Assembly (NCBI GenBank): GCA_965215605.1
Contig: OZ244070.1
Location: 544,001-608,000, forward strand
Length of the DNA stretch: 64,000 bases
Reading direction: 5' to 3'
From: an uncultured Candidatus Binatia bacterium
Lineage (GTDB): Bacteria; Desulfobacterota; Binatia; UBA9968; JAJDTQ01
The position numbers were made by a program, and so were the translations under genes. The first letter of the stretch is position 1, and every line of letters begins with the position of its first letter. Shown here piece by piece: positions 9,233 through 19,401 of this stretch. Below the pieces are notes generated by a model, which was not told the DNA's origin, made no database searches, and was given only the letters and a program-made list of their open reading frames with translations.

Positions 9233-10660
9233 TCACCACTCCTTGTTGATGAACGCCAGCATCCGCTCGGCGCCTTCGCGCTCCTTGAACTGCGCGTAGG
9301 CGCGCCGCCGCTGGTTGTCCGGGTCGCCGCTCTGAAGCCGCTCGTAGAGTTGTCCGCGCTTGCCGAAGGGCGTCATGACCAGATCGGCCGCCACCGCCAG
9401 CAGCCTCAGGTGCTCCCGGGTGCTGGGGGCGCAGCCGCGAAAATAGCGGTCCACCAGCGGCCCCAGCTCTCCGCTGGCCAGGTCCGAGCCGCCGCCGGTG
9501 AGCACCAGCGAGCTGGTCAACAGGCTCTCCATGTTGCCCTCGGCCCGGTCCGACGCCTCGATGCTGTGCACCCGGTAGGCCGGGGTGAGCCGCGGCGCCC
9601 AAAAGCCCCCGCTCGTGCGGAAGGCCCTGGCTTCGCCCATCTCCACGCAGTCGCGCAGGATTTCCAGGTCCTGCACGAACGCGGCCAGCCGGAGTTGCGA
9701 GTTGGGGTTCTTGTGCCGGCCGGACCATTCCGTCAGGAGCTGGGCCACCGCGAGGAACGTCTCGATCTTGATGATGAGGCGGACCAGGGTGGCGTAGGCC
9801 GCCCAGGTCTGGATGCTGCGGTGAAAGCCGGCCACGAGCTCGGGCTTGCGGTAGGCGAAGACCCGATTCCAGGGCACCAGAACGTCGTCGAAGATGAGCG
9901 TGGCGTCCACCTCGTCGAAGCGCGCGGTGAGCGGAAAGCGCTCCGGGTCGGCATGCTCGGCGTACAGGTCCCGGCAGACGATCTTCAGTCCCGGGGCGTT
10001 CATGGGGATGGCGAAGGCCAGGGCGTAGTCCGGCTCGTCCGGGTCCCGCGGACGGTTGGGATACACCAGGGCCTCGTCGGACAGGGGCGCCAGGGTCGCG
10101 AGGTTCCGGAGGCCGCGGACCACCGGCCCCTCCGAGGTCTCCCGGACCACGTGGAGGACCAGGTCCGGGTCGGACTGCTCGCTCACCCGCTTCGAGTGGT
10201 CGTAGAACTGGTCCTGCAAGGCATGGGTCAGGCACAGGTCGCCGGCGATGCAGTGACGGTAGTACTCCCGGGCGTTTTCGCCCCAGCGCGGGTCGTGGTC
10301 CGCCAAGGCGTCTGCGATGTCAAGGATGCCCACCACCAGTTCCGCGCAGAACTCCGGGTACCGTCCCATCTGGCCGAAGGTCTCCCGTGACCACAGCTCG
10401 ATGTTGCCGCGCTTGGCCAGGAGATCTTCCGCGTTCAACGGCGGCAGGTAGCTGCAGGAAATGCGCTCGCCGTTCCGCGCCACCGTCATGGTGTCGCCGT
10501 CCTCCGCCGACGACTGGCGATCGTACAGATCGGCAAGGGTCTTGATGGTGCCCGTGAAGCCGGGGTGGGTGGTGACGTCGTCGATGCGCCTTCCCGCGTG
10601 CCACACCTCGCGGCCGTCGCGCAACGACTCGATGTAGTTCTTGCCGGATCGAATGGCCAT
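9233..10660 (-). CDS. 4-hydroxyphenylacetate 3-hydroxylase (HpaB)-family flavin-dependent monooxygenase
   Basis: YIESLRDGREVW..G..IDDVTTHPGF, MGRYPE, ALAFAIPMNAPGLK, PLTARFDEVDA, FDDVLVPWNRVF, R.QLYER motifs. Confidence 0.88.
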   Translation of the reverse strand: MAIRSGKNYIESLRDGREVWHAGRRIDDVTTHPGFTGTIKTLADLYDRQSSAEDGDTMTVARNGERISCSYLPPLNAEDLLAKRGNIELWSRETFGQMGRYPEFCAELVVGILDIADALADHDPRWGENAREYYRHCIAGDLCLTHALQDQFYDHSKRVSEQSDPDLVLHVVRETSEGPVVRGLRNLATLAPLSDEALVYPNRPRDPDEPDYALAFAIPMNAPGLKIVCRDLYAEHADPERFPLTARFDEVDATLIFDDVLVPWNRVFAYRKPELVAGFHRSIQTWAAYATLVRLIIKIETFLAVAQLLTEWSGRHKNPNSQLRLAAFVQDLEILRDCVEMGEARAFRTSGGFWAPRLTPAYRVHSIEASDRAEGNMESLLTSSLVLTGGGSDLASGELGPLVDRYFRGCAPSTREHLRLLAVAADLVMTPFGKRGQLYERLQSGDPDNQRRRAYAQFKEREGAERMLAFINKEW

Positions 10661-10791
10661 TCCCCTGACCTCCTGCCGGGACCCCGCCGGGAACGCCTCG
10701 GGCCCGCGACTCCTTCCAATCGTTTTCGTGCCGAACGAGAAGCCGCTAAGAAGAATGGGGCGAGTTCACTTCCGTCCCCGGTCCACGCACC

Positions 10792-12294
10792 ATGACACCC
10801 TGGCTCAGAGACTTTATCGACAACCGCATCTTCGGCCCCAACCACCGCTGGTGGGCCCTGTGGGTCGTCGTGATCTCCGTCTTCATCGCCACCACGGATG
10901 TCGGGATGCTTACCATAAGCCTGCCGGTGATCATAACCGAGTTCCGCACGGATATCACTTTCGCCGGCTGGATCGTCTTCGTGTACGCCCTGGTCACGGG
11001 AGCCCTCTACCTGCCCTGCGGCAGGCTGTCCGATCTGCTCGGGCGCAAGCTCACCTTCTCCGCGGGCTTCCTGGTCTACGGCGTGGCCTCGATGGTGGCC
11101 GGCCTGTCCCAGGGGGCCACGCAACTGATGGCCTGCCGCGTGGGACAGGCGGTGGGCGCGGCCCTGATGATGACCAACACCTTCGCCCTGACCGGCTCCC
11201 TGTTCACGGGCGCCGACCGGGGCCGCGCCATGGGCCTGTCCGGCGGCCTGGTTTCCGCCATCGGCTTCACCCTGGGCCCCGTGGTGGGCGGATTCATCAC
11301 CTTCACCCTGGGATGGCGCTACATCTTCTTCATTTCCGGCACGTTGTCGTTCATCGGCTTCGCCGCCGCGCGCTTTCTCCTGCTGGACGACCGGGGGTCC
11401 GGTGAACAAGCGAAGCGGGAGCCCTTCGACTTCGCCGGCGCCGGCCTGTTCGCGGTGGCGTTGACGTTCCTGCTGCTGGGAATCACGCGGGGGGGATTGG
11501 GCTACTGGGGTTTCGCGTTGAGCGCGCTCTTCGCGGCCTTGTTCATCTGGCGGGAAGCCACCTTCCCCTACCCCATCCTGGATCTCGGGCTGCTCCGGAT
11601 CGTGCCCTTTGCCGCGGGCAACATCGCGCGCCTGTCCACCTTCGTGGCCCTCAGCACCAACGAGTTGATGATGCCGTTCCTGCTCCAGCTCGTGCTGCGA
11701 ATGGACCCGCTGGAGGCGGGCACCCTGATGACCGCCACCGCACTGGTGCTCATGGTGGTGTCGCCTTCGGCCGGCTGGCTCACCGACCGCGTCGGCTCCA
11801 CCCTGCCCGCCGCCGCCGGAGCCACGGTTATAGCCGTCGCGATGTACGCCATGAGCCACCTGGGTCCGGATTCCGGCCCGGCCGAGATCGTGCCACGGCT
11901 GGCGCTCCTGGGCGTCGGCCTCGGCCTCTTCCAGACCCCCAACAACCACGGCCTCATCGGCTCCGTGCCGCCCGAGCGGCTGGGAATCGCCTCCTCGGTC
12001 ATCTCCATCATCCGCAGCGTCGGCCGCTCGCTGGGCACAGCAACCGCAACCGCATTTGTCGGCATGCGGCTGGCGGCAGTCACCAACGATTCCGGGCCCC
12101 AGGACCTGGCCGCGTTGAACTTGGCGGACAACCCTCTGCTCCTTGGAGCGTTCATGGAAGGCTACGGTTACGCGTACATCACGGCGGCGTGCCTGGGCCT
12201 GAGCGCGCTGGCGTTCACGATGATTGCGGCGACGGGGAGCGGGCCAGGCGCACGATTTCGGCGGGCAGCAAGCCCACCGCATCCGCCCGGCTGA
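10792..12294 (+). CDS. MFS transporter, DHA2/EmrB-QacA-like (14 TMS)
   Basis: GRLSDLLGRK motif A, CRVGQAVGAA, GPVVGGFIT...GWRYIF, GWLTDRVG. Confidence 0.9.
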   Translation: MTPWLRDFIDNRIFGPNHRWWALWVVVISVFIATTDVGMLTISLPVIITEFRTDITFAGWIVFVYALVTGALYLPCGRLSDLLGRKLTFSAGFLVYGVASMVAGLSQGATQLMACRVGQAVGAALMMTNTFALTGSLFTGADRGRAMGLSGGLVSAIGFTLGPVVGGFITFTLGWRYIFFISGTLSFIGFAAARFLLLDDRGSGEQAKREPFDFAGAGLFAVALTFLLLGITRGGLGYWGFALSALFAALFIWREATFPYPILDLGLLRIVPFAAGNIARLSTFVALSTNELMMPFLLQLVLRMDPLEAGTLMTATALVLMVVSPSAGWLTDRVGSTLPAAAGATVIAVAMYAMSHLGPDSGPAEIVPRLALLGVGLGLFQTPNNHGLIGSVPPERLGIASSVISIIRSVGRSLGTATATAFVGMRLAAVTNDSGPQDLAALNLADNPLLLGAFMEGYGYAYITAACLGLSALAFTMIAATGSGPGARFRRAASPPHPPG

Positions 12295-12358
12295 GTCACA
12301 ACAGCGGCACCGCCGCGATCGCCGGTAGACCGGACGTTTTCACCCGGCTGCCTCCACA

Positions 12359-13465
12359 CTACAGTCCATAGAGCCGGCGCGCGTTGTCGCTCAGGATCTT
12401 GCGCTTGACGTCGTCGGTCAGGTCCGTCCGTTCACGGAAGACCTTGATGGCGTCCACGTCGCTGGAGACGTCGGTGTGGCCGTAGTCGGTGCCGATGACG
12501 AGTCCGTCCTCACCGCCCTCCTGCACCACATACGCCAGGTCGTCACTGTTCTCACAGGTGACGAATATGCCGAACTGCCCCATGGGGTTGTCCGGCCACT
12601 CCCGCCCCAACACACGGTAGCGGTGGTGGACCTCGCGCAGCATCCAGGGCACCCACTGGGAGCTGGCCTCGATGAAACCCCAGCGCAACTTCGGGAACAC
12701 ATCCGGGATCTCGCTCAGCAAGAGGTCGCCGAAAGCCCCCACGGTGGGGACCCGGAAGCTGTGGAAGTTTGCCGCCGTGGTTACCGGATGGTGGCAGAGG
12801 TCGGTGAACCAGGGGCTGCCGTTGGCGATGTGGATGGCGATGGCCATGTCCAGGCGCACAGCTTCCTCATAGATGGGGTAGAAGTACGGGTCCACCAGGA
12901 GGCGGTTGCCCTCGAAGGGCCGCATCAGCACCGCGCAGGCGCCGTGTTCCTTGCCGTAGCGGATCTGGTCCAGGGCGTCCGGCATACTCAGGGTCGGCGC
13001 CAGGCACGACCACCGGAGCCTGCCCTCGGACTGCGACCAGATGTCCGCCAGCCAGCGGTTCCAGCTCCCGCACAGCGCCACCTCCACCGGCGCCCGGTCC
13101 GTCACCTGCTCGATGAACATGGTGTTGTGCAGCACCTGCACGTCGACTCCGGTGTCGTCCATGTGCTCCAGCCGGAGTTCCACGTTGCCGAGCTCCACGG
13201 ACTCGTCGGCGCCGGCGAACTTGCGGCCCACCCGCCGCTCCCGCTGCTGCAGCGCTTCCTCCGAGAACGCCGGAAAGCGGAAGCCCCGCACCTTGCCGTC
13301 CACCACCCAGAACTGCTGCTTGATGCCCGCCTCCTCCGGTGACGCCAGCGGCACCGGGCGGTACTGCCGATCAGAGGGGTCGAGATAATCCCAGGTCCGG
13401 TCGCATTCCACCACATGGGCGTCCGAGTCCACGATCAAAGGGGTTCCGCTGCCGTTTCCACTCAT
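12359..13465 (-). CDS. Amidohydrolase family 2 protein (tandem paralog A)
   Basis: VDSDAHVVE, YFYPIYEEA, AIHIA, WGFIEASSQW, GTDYGHTD, KILSDNARRLYGL. Confidence 0.9.
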   Translation of the reverse strand: MSGNGSGTPLIVDSDAHVVECDRTWDYLDPSDRQYRPVPLASPEEAGIKQQFWVVDGKVRGFRFPAFSEEALQQRERRVGRKFAGADESVELGNVELRLEHMDDTGVDVQVLHNTMFIEQVTDRAPVEVALCGSWNRWLADIWSQSEGRLRWSCLAPTLSMPDALDQIRYGKEHGACAVLMRPFEGNRLLVDPYFYPIYEEAVRLDMAIAIHIANGSPWFTDLCHHPVTTAANFHSFRVPTVGAFGDLLLSEIPDVFPKLRWGFIEASSQWVPWMLREVHHRYRVLGREWPDNPMGQFGIFVTCENSDDLAYVVQEGGEDGLVIGTDYGHTDVSSDVDAIKVFRERTDLTDDVKRKILSDNARRLYGL

Positions 13466-13513
13466 GGCGTGCTCCTTCGGGACGAGTTCCGGGCCGCGCG
13501 GCGACCCGGGCGC

Positions 13514-13540
13514 GGGCGGGGTTCAAGCCCGCCTCCTACA
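13514..13540 (-). repeat. GTAG-family REP-like element
   Basis: Minus strand TGTAGGAGGCGGGCTTGAACCCCGCCC: GTAG followed by an imperfect GC palindrome. Confidence 0.5.
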
Positions 13541-13564
13541 TTCATGATCGGACCACGGCCGATG

Positions 13565-14671
13565 CTACAGCGCGTACAGCCGGCGCGCGTTGTCGCTCAG
13601 GATCTTGCGCTTGACGTCTTCGCCCAGGTCGGTGCGCTCCCGGAAAATCTTGATGGCGTCCACGTCGCTGGAGGTGTCGGTGTGGCCGTAGTCGGTGCCG
13701 ATGACCAGGCCGTCCTCGCCGGTCTGCTGCACGATGTACGGCAGGTCGTCGGTATTTTCGCAGGTCACGAACATCCGGAAGTGGTCCATGGGGTTGTCCG
13801 GCCACTCACGGCCCATGGTCCGGAAACGGTTGCCGACTTCGTGAAGGATCCAGGGCAGCCACTGGGAGCTGGCTTCGATGAAACCCCAGCGCAGCTTCGG
13901 GAACAGCTCCGGCACCTCGCTGAACAGCACGTCGGCGAAGCCCCCCACGGTGGGGATGCGGAACCGGTGGAAGGTGGCGCCGAGCCGGACCGGGTGGCTG
14001 TAGAGGTCGTTGAGCCAGGAGCTGCCGTTGGCGATGTGGATCGCGATGGGCATGTCCAGGCGGCTGGCCTCTTCGTAGATGGGGTAGAAGTAGGGGTCCG
14101 CCAGCAGCTTGCTCCCCTCCACCGGGCGCAGCAGCACCGCGCAGGCGCCGTTCTCCCTGGAGAAACGGATCTGGTCCAACGCGTCCGACATGCTGAGGGT
14201 GGGTGCCAGGCAGGACCAGCGCAGCCGCCCGTCCGACTGGGCCCAGATGTCCGCCAGCCAGCGGTTCCAGCTCCCGCACAGCGCCACCTCTACCGGCGGC
14301 CGCTCCGTCACTTGCTCGATGAACATGGTGTTGTGCAGCACCTGCACGTCCACGCCGGTGTCGTCCATGTGCTCCAGCCGAAGCGCCACGTTGCCCAGCT
14401 CCCGGGCCTCCTTGGCCTCGGCGAACTTGCGGCCCACCTGTTCCTGGCGCCGTTGCAACTCCTCCTCCGAGAAGGCCGGGAAGCGGAACCCCCGCACCTT
14501 GCCGTCCACCAGCCAGAACTGGAGCGCGGCGCCGTTTTCCTCCGGTGATGCCAGCGGCACCGGACGGAACTGCCGCTCCGAGGGTTCGAGATAATCCCAG
14601 GTCCGGTCGCATTCCACCACGTGGGCGTCCGAATCCACGATCAAGGGGTTGCCGTTGGCCTCTGTACTCAT
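13565..14671 (-). CDS. Amidohydrolase family 2 protein (tandem paralog B)
   Basis: True start is ATG 14671 (MSTEANGNP) behind AAGGAG; same 1107-nt length and motifs as paralog A. The 827-aa ORF-track entry is an upstream over-extension. Confidence 0.9.
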   Translation of the reverse strand: MSTEANGNPLIVDSDAHVVECDRTWDYLEPSERQFRPVPLASPEENGAALQFWLVDGKVRGFRFPAFSEEELQRRQEQVGRKFAEAKEARELGNVALRLEHMDDTGVDVQVLHNTMFIEQVTERPPVEVALCGSWNRWLADIWAQSDGRLRWSCLAPTLSMSDALDQIRFSRENGACAVLLRPVEGSKLLADPYFYPIYEEASRLDMPIAIHIANGSSWLNDLYSHPVRLGATFHRFRIPTVGGFADVLFSEVPELFPKLRWGFIEASSQWLPWILHEVGNRFRTMGREWPDNPMDHFRMFVTCENTDDLPYIVQQTGEDGLVIGTDYGHTDTSSDVDAIKIFRERTDLGEDVKRKILSDNARRLYAL

Positions 14672-14712
14672 GGCGTGCTCCTTTTCACGGGGCGTATTCG
14701 TTCGTCTGTTCC

Positions 14713-14732
14713 GGGCGGGACACGGCCCGCCC
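14713..14732. other. Hairpin after fumarase (terminator- or REP-like)
   Basis: GGGCGGG-ACACGG-CCCGCCC immediately downstream of the fumarase stop. Confidence 0.4.
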
Positions 14733-14739
14733 TTCTCTT

Positions 14740-16353
14740 TTACTGCAACTCGGCGAAAAAGTCGTTGCCCTTGTCGTCCACGATGATAAACGCCGGGAAG
14801 TTCTCGACGTCGATCTTCCACACCGCTTCCATGCCCAGCTCGGGATAGTCGAGCACCTCCACGTGCTTGATGTTGTCCTTGGCCAGGATCGCCGCCGGGC
14901 CGCCGATGGAGCCCAGGTAGAACCCGCCATGCTTCTTGCACGCATCGGTCACCTGCCGCGACCGGTTGCCCTTGGCCAGCGAGATCAGGCTGGCGCCGTG
15001 GGACTGGAACAACTCCACGTAAGAGTCCATGCGTCCCGCGGTGGTGGGGCCGAAGGAGCCGGAGGCGTAGCCCTCGGGGGTCTTGGCCGGCCCGGCGTAG
15101 TAGACCACGTGGTCCTTGAAATAGTCCGGCAACGGTTCGCCGGCGTCGAGCCGCTCCTTGAGCCTGGCGTGGGCCAGATCCCGGGCCACCACGATGGTGC
15201 CGTTCAAGGCCAGCCGGGTCTTCACCGGATGCCTGGAGAGGGTGCTCCGGATCTCGTCCATGGGCCGGCTCAGGTCGATGCTCACCACGGCGTCGGCGTC
15301 GTCTTCCTCGCGGAAGTCCGGCAGGTATTTCGCCGGATCGGTTTCCAGCCGCTCGAGGAACACCCCGTCCCGGGTGATCCTGGCCTTGGCCTGCCGGTCG
15401 GCGGAGCACGAAACGCCGATGCCCACCGGACAGGAAGCGCCGTGCCGGGGCAGACGGATCACCCGCACCTCGTGGGTGAAATACTTGCCGCCGAACTGCG
15501 CGCCCACGCCCATCTCGTGGCTGATGGCCTGGACCTTGGCCTCCAGGTCCAGGTCCCGGAACGCCCGGCCGTACTCGTTGCCGGTGGTGGGCAGGTTGTC
15601 CAGGTAGCGGGTGCTGGCCAGTTTGACGGTCTTGAGGTTGAACTCCGCGGACATCCCGCCCACCACGATGACCAGGTAGTAGGGCGGGCAGGCGGCGGTG
15701 CCGATGGTCTTGAGCTGCTTCTCCAGAAACGCCAACATCGACGCCTCGTTCAAGAGCGCCGGGGTCTGCTGGTACAGCACCGACTTGTTGGCGGAGCCGC
15801 CGCCCTTGGTGATGAACAAGAGCTCGTAGGCGTCGCCCGGCGTCGCGTAAAGCTCCACCTGGGCCGGCAGGTTGGTGCGGGTGTTCTGTTCCTCGTAGAG
15901 GCTCAGCGGCGCGAGTTGCGAGTAGCGCAGGTTGGTGCCGGTGTAGACGTCGTAGACGCCGGCGGAGAAAGCCTCCTCGTCGTTGGCGCCGGTGAAGACG
16001 TTCTCGCCCTTCTTGCCGATGACGATGGCGGTGCCGGTGTCCTGGCACGCCGGCAGCACGCCGCCGGCCGAGATGTTGGCGTTCTTGAGCTGCTGGATCG
16101 CCACGAAGCGGTCGTTCTTCGAAGCCTCGGGGTCCTCGAGGATGGCCCGCAGCTTGGCCAGGTGGCTGGGCCGGAACAGGTGGGAGATGTCATGGATGGC
16201 TTCCGCCGTGAGCTTCCGCAGCACCGCCGGGTCGACCTTCAGGATCGTGCGGCCGTCCAGCTCGATCTCGGATACTCCCTCCTTGCCCAGGCTGCGGTAC
16301 TCGGTGGTGTCCTCGCCGAGCTCGAAGATGGGCTGAAATCTGAATTCTGACAT
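14740..16353 (-). CDS. fumA: Fumarate hydratase class I (Fe-S)
   Basis: [66 protein letters not shown] motifs; start at MSEFRFQ. Confidence 0.95.
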   Translation of the reverse strand: MSEFRFQPIFELGEDTTEYRSLGKEGVSEIELDGRTILKVDPAVLRKLTAEAIHDISHLFRPSHLAKLRAILEDPEASKNDRFVAIQQLKNANISAGGVLPACQDTGTAIVIGKKGENVFTGANDEEAFSAGVYDVYTGTNLRYSQLAPLSLYEEQNTRTNLPAQVELYATPGDAYELLFITKGGGSANKSVLYQQTPALLNEASMLAFLEKQLKTIGTAACPPYYLVIVVGGMSAEFNLKTVKLASTRYLDNLPTTGNEYGRAFRDLDLEAKVQAISHEMGVGAQFGGKYFTHEVRVIRLPRHGASCPVGIGVSCSADRQAKARITRDGVFLERLETDPAKYLPDFREEDDADAVVSIDLSRPMDEIRSTLSRHPVKTRLALNGTIVVARDLAHARLKERLDAGEPLPDYFKDHVVYYAGPAKTPEGYASGSFGPTTAGRMDSYVELFQSHGASLISLAKGNRSRQVTDACKKHGGFYLGSIGGPAAILAKDNIKHVEVLDYPELGMEAVWKIDVENFPAFIIVDDKGNDFFAELQ

Positions 16354-16392
16354 GAAATGTTTCTCCTTGGGATTGGTCGGTTTGTACCGCAA

Positions 16393-16435
16393 ATTATACC
16401 CGGACCCTTGACGCTAACGCAAAGTCACGTATGAT
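16393..16435. promoter_or_regulatory. Overlapping divergent sigma70-type promoters (fumarase / thiolase operon)
   Basis: Plus strand TTGACG(16408)-N16-TATGAT(16430); minus strand TTGCGT(16422-16417)-N18-TATAAT(16398-16393). Confidence 0.6.
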
Positions 16436-16489
16436 TCGATTCCAGCAAACGAGGGGTCTCAGCCAGTCACACGAGGGAGTCCTTCATCC

Positions 16490-17695
16490 ATGAGCATTCG
16501 CGGCAACACGGCCATCGTCGGCATCGGCGAAACCCCTGTGGACCGCCTGGGCCGGCGCCCGGGCGAGCGGCGCCGGACCATTCCGGAGTACCTGACCTGG
16601 GCCGCCCGGCTGGCCATGGAGGACGCCGGACTCACGCGCAAGGACTTCGACGGCCAGGGGCTCGCCGCCATCTACACCACCAACTACCTGCAACCCTTCT
16701 GGCCCGAGGAGACCGCTTCCATCCTGGGCATCGCGCCGGCCCTTTCCATGGCCAACGCCAACGGCGGCGCCGCCACGGTGTCGGCGCTGGGACAGGCGGC
16801 CGCGGCCATCCAGGCCGGGTTGGTGGAGCGAGTCCTCTGCGTAGCCGCTTCGTGCACGTTCGTGGAAAACCACAACGGGGTCGAGCCCCGCGACGTGCGG
16901 GATCACGAGGTGCCCTACGGCCTCATGGGCGCCAACAGCGGCATCGCCCTGGTGATGCGGCGGCACATGCACCAATACGGCACCACCCTCGATGCCCTGG
17001 GGAACATCGCGGTGACCGCCCGCTACCATGCGTCGCTGAACCCCAACTCCTATCTCAAGAAGCCCATGACCCTGGAGGACTACAAGACCTCCCGCATGGT
17101 GGCCGACCCGGTGCGGCTGCTGGACTGCGTGATGCCGGCCAACGGCGGCAAGGCCTTCATCCTGACCTCGGCCGAGAAGGCCGCCTCGATGCCGCGGAAG
17201 CCGGTGTACCTCATGGGCTTCGGCGAGCAGGACAACCCCAGCTACGGCCCCCGCACCCACTCGGACGCAACCATCATGGGGATCAAGGACGCCGGCGCCC
17301 GGGCCTTCGACATGGCGGGGGCCACTCCGGCGGACATGGACTTCGCCGAGTTGTACGATGACTACGTGGTCATCGAGCTGATGCAGATCGAGGACCTGGG
17401 GTTCTGCGACAAGGGCGACACGAAGTTCTTCGAGTCCACCGACTTCTCCTTCAAGGGCACGCTGCCGATCCAGACCGGCGGCGGCATGATCAACTGCGGG
17501 CAGCCGTCCACCGCCGGCGGCATGATCCATATCCTGGAGGCCGTCACCCAACTGCGGGGCGGCGGCGGCGAGCGGCAGGTGGCCGACGCGCGCACCGGCA
17601 TCGTCACCGGCCTCGGCGGTCTCCCCTACGGCAAGAACCTCGGCTCCACCGCCGTGGCCATCCTGAGCAACGAGACAGGAAACTCCAATGGCTGA
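16490..17695 (+). CDS. Thiolase-superfamily protein, SCP-x/Ltp2-like, lacking the nucleophilic Cys
   Basis: AIVGIGET, RRHMHQYGTT, SRMVADPVRLLDC, AELYDDY, IEDLGFCDKG, EAVTQLRG..GERQV; NGGAAT occupies the CxS position. Confidence 0.88.
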   Translation: MSIRGNTAIVGIGETPVDRLGRRPGERRRTIPEYLTWAARLAMEDAGLTRKDFDGQGLAAIYTTNYLQPFWPEETASILGIAPALSMANANGGAATVSALGQAAAAIQAGLVERVLCVAASCTFVENHNGVEPRDVRDHEVPYGLMGANSGIALVMRRHMHQYGTTLDALGNIAVTARYHASLNPNSYLKKPMTLEDYKTSRMVADPVRLLDCVMPANGGKAFILTSAEKAASMPRKPVYLMGFGEQDNPSYGPRTHSDATIMGIKDAGARAFDMAGATPADMDFAELYDDYVVIELMQIEDLGFCDKGDTKFFESTDFSFKGTLPIQTGGGMINCGQPSTAGGMIHILEAVTQLRGGGGERQVADARTGIVTGLGGLPYGKNLGSTAVAILSNETGNSNG

Positions 17696-18119
17696 AGCTT
17701 CACGGGAACCCCGACGCCCGCTCCCGGAGATCACCGAGCTCACCGCACCTTTCTGGCAGGCCGCCAGGACAGGCCGGCTGGTGATGCAGCGCTGCCGCAC
17801 CTGCGGCGAGCTGGTGTGGTGCCCCCGCCCGTCGTGCGTGGAGTGCGGCGGCGAAGAACTGGAATGGGACGAACTCAGCGGCCGCGGCACCGTCTATTCC
17901 TTCACCATCATCCGCCAGTTGGCGGGCCGCGGCGCCCGCGCCTTCGAGAGGGACATCCCCTACGTCATCGCCTGGGTGGACCTGGAGGAAGGCCCCCGCT
18001 ACTACACCAACATCGTGGACTGTCCGGTGGACAACGTGGAGATCGGGATGGAGGTGGAAGTGGTGTTCGATCCCGTCAGCGACGACATCAGCCTCCCCAA
18101 GTTCAAGCCCCGCTCGTAG
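17688..18119 (+). CDS. DUF35 Zn-ribbon/OB-fold protein
   Basis: PFWQAA..GRL..QRCRTC...PRPSCVEC, SGRGTVYSFT, PYVIAWVDLEEGPR; overlaps the thiolase stop. Confidence 0.92.
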   Translation: MAEASREPRRPLPEITELTAPFWQAARTGRLVMQRCRTCGELVWCPRPSCVECGGEELEWDELSGRGTVYSFTIIRQLAGRGARAFERDIPYVIAWVDLEEGPRYYTNIVDCPVDNVEIGMEVEVVFDPVSDDISLPKFKPRS

Positions 18120-18177
18120 AGGCGACCGGCCGGTCGCCCGTGATTTGCCGCCCGGCCGGGGCGGCCCTCTCCCCTAC
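18116..18177. repeat. GTAG-type REP doublet (REPIN-like), degenerate
   Basis: GTAG-A-GGCGACCGGCCGGTCGCC (perfect 18-bp palindrome, 18121-18138) and an inverted degenerate copy ending CCCCTAC at 18177. Confidence 0.55.
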
Positions 18178-18246
18178 CTGTGCGCGCTAGGCAAGCAAGC
18201 CCGGTTTTGCTAATGCACTCCTATCAAGTCCGACCCGGAGGATGTC

Positions 18247-19338
18247 ATGCCAGTCATCGATGCCGATACCCACGTAGACGAAACCGAGGACACCTGGGCG
18301 TTCCTGCGCGACGGCGACGAGGCATTGAGGCCCACCACCGCCTATCCCAAGGGCCAGGACGCCAGCAACGCGATCATGCGCTACTGGATGATCGACGGAA
18401 GGCGCCAGATCCGCTTCGTCCGCACGGACGAGGAAACCCACACCACCGAGGGAGCCCGGGAACTCACGGACGTGAAACGGCGCCTGGCGGACATGGACCG
18501 CATGGGGGTGGACTATCAGGTGATGTACCCCACCCTGTTCCTGGTGGAGTTCACCGACAACCCTGAGATCGAGCTGGCGCTCCGCCGCAGCTACAACCGC
18601 TGGATGGGCGAACGCTGGGCCGAGTCCGAGGGCCGGTTGCGCTGGGTCATGCTCCCGCCCACCCAGAACATGGAGGCGCTCCCGGACGAGCTGCGCTTCG
18701 CCAAGGAACACGGCGCCTGCGGCGTACTCAAGAAGGGCGACCGGGAAGCCGGGGTGTGGGCCAACGATCCGTATTTCTTCCCGATGTACGAGGAAGCCCA
18801 GAAGCTCGACATGCCCATCTGCTTTCACACCGGCTCGGGCGTTCCGGATTTCACCCCCGCGCGGGAGTTCACCTTCAGCCGCTTCTACCGCATCCTGCTG
18901 CCGGTGGTACATGCGTTCCAGTCCCTGATCGTCCACGGCGTGCCGGATCGGTTCCCCACTCTGCGCTTCGGCTTCATCGAGGCTACCGCCTCCTGGGTGC
19001 CCTTCGTGCTGTACGAAATCCGCCGGCGGCTGGAGAAAAACAAGGAACGGCCCACCAGCGTGCTGCGCTCCACCATGGAGATCGAGGACATGCCGGAGGA
19101 CATCCTGCAGCGGAACCGCATGTACGTATCGTTCCAGGTTGACGAGGACCTGAGCTACGTCGTTCACCACACGGGCGAAGACAATCTCCTCGTGGGCTCG
19201 GACTACACGCACAACGATTCCGCCCAGGAGATGGATTTCCTGGGGCTCCTCAAGCAGCGTGCCGACAAGGGCGACATCTCCCATTCGGCGGTCACCAAGA
19301 TCACCCAGGACAACCCCAAGAACTTCTACGGTATCTGA
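18247..19338 (+). CDS. Amidohydrolase family 2 protein
   Basis: IDADTHVDE, QVMYPTLFL, YFFPMYEEA, CFHTG, FGFIEA, GSDYTHND. Confidence 0.9.
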   Translation: MPVIDADTHVDETEDTWAFLRDGDEALRPTTAYPKGQDASNAIMRYWMIDGRRQIRFVRTDEETHTTEGARELTDVKRRLADMDRMGVDYQVMYPTLFLVEFTDNPEIELALRRSYNRWMGERWAESEGRLRWVMLPPTQNMEALPDELRFAKEHGACGVLKKGDREAGVWANDPYFFPMYEEAQKLDMPICFHTGSGVPDFTPAREFTFSRFYRILLPVVHAFQSLIVHGVPDRFPTLRFGFIEATASWVPFVLYEIRRRLEKNKERPTSVLRSTMEIEDMPEDILQRNRMYVSFQVDEDLSYVVHHTGEDNLLVGSDYTHNDSAQEMDFLGLLKQRADKGDISHSAVTKITQDNPKNFYGI

Positions 19339-19401
19339 ACAGCAACGGGGCCGGGCGGGGAAAGCCGTGACCGGACCCCCCCTGCTCCGAGGAGAGATCG
19401 G

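Noticed and set aside
13565-16048. Apparent 827-aa amidohydrolase fusion
   Set aside because: The N-terminal part is an off-frame read through fumarase; the real start is 14671, with an RBS identical to its paralog.
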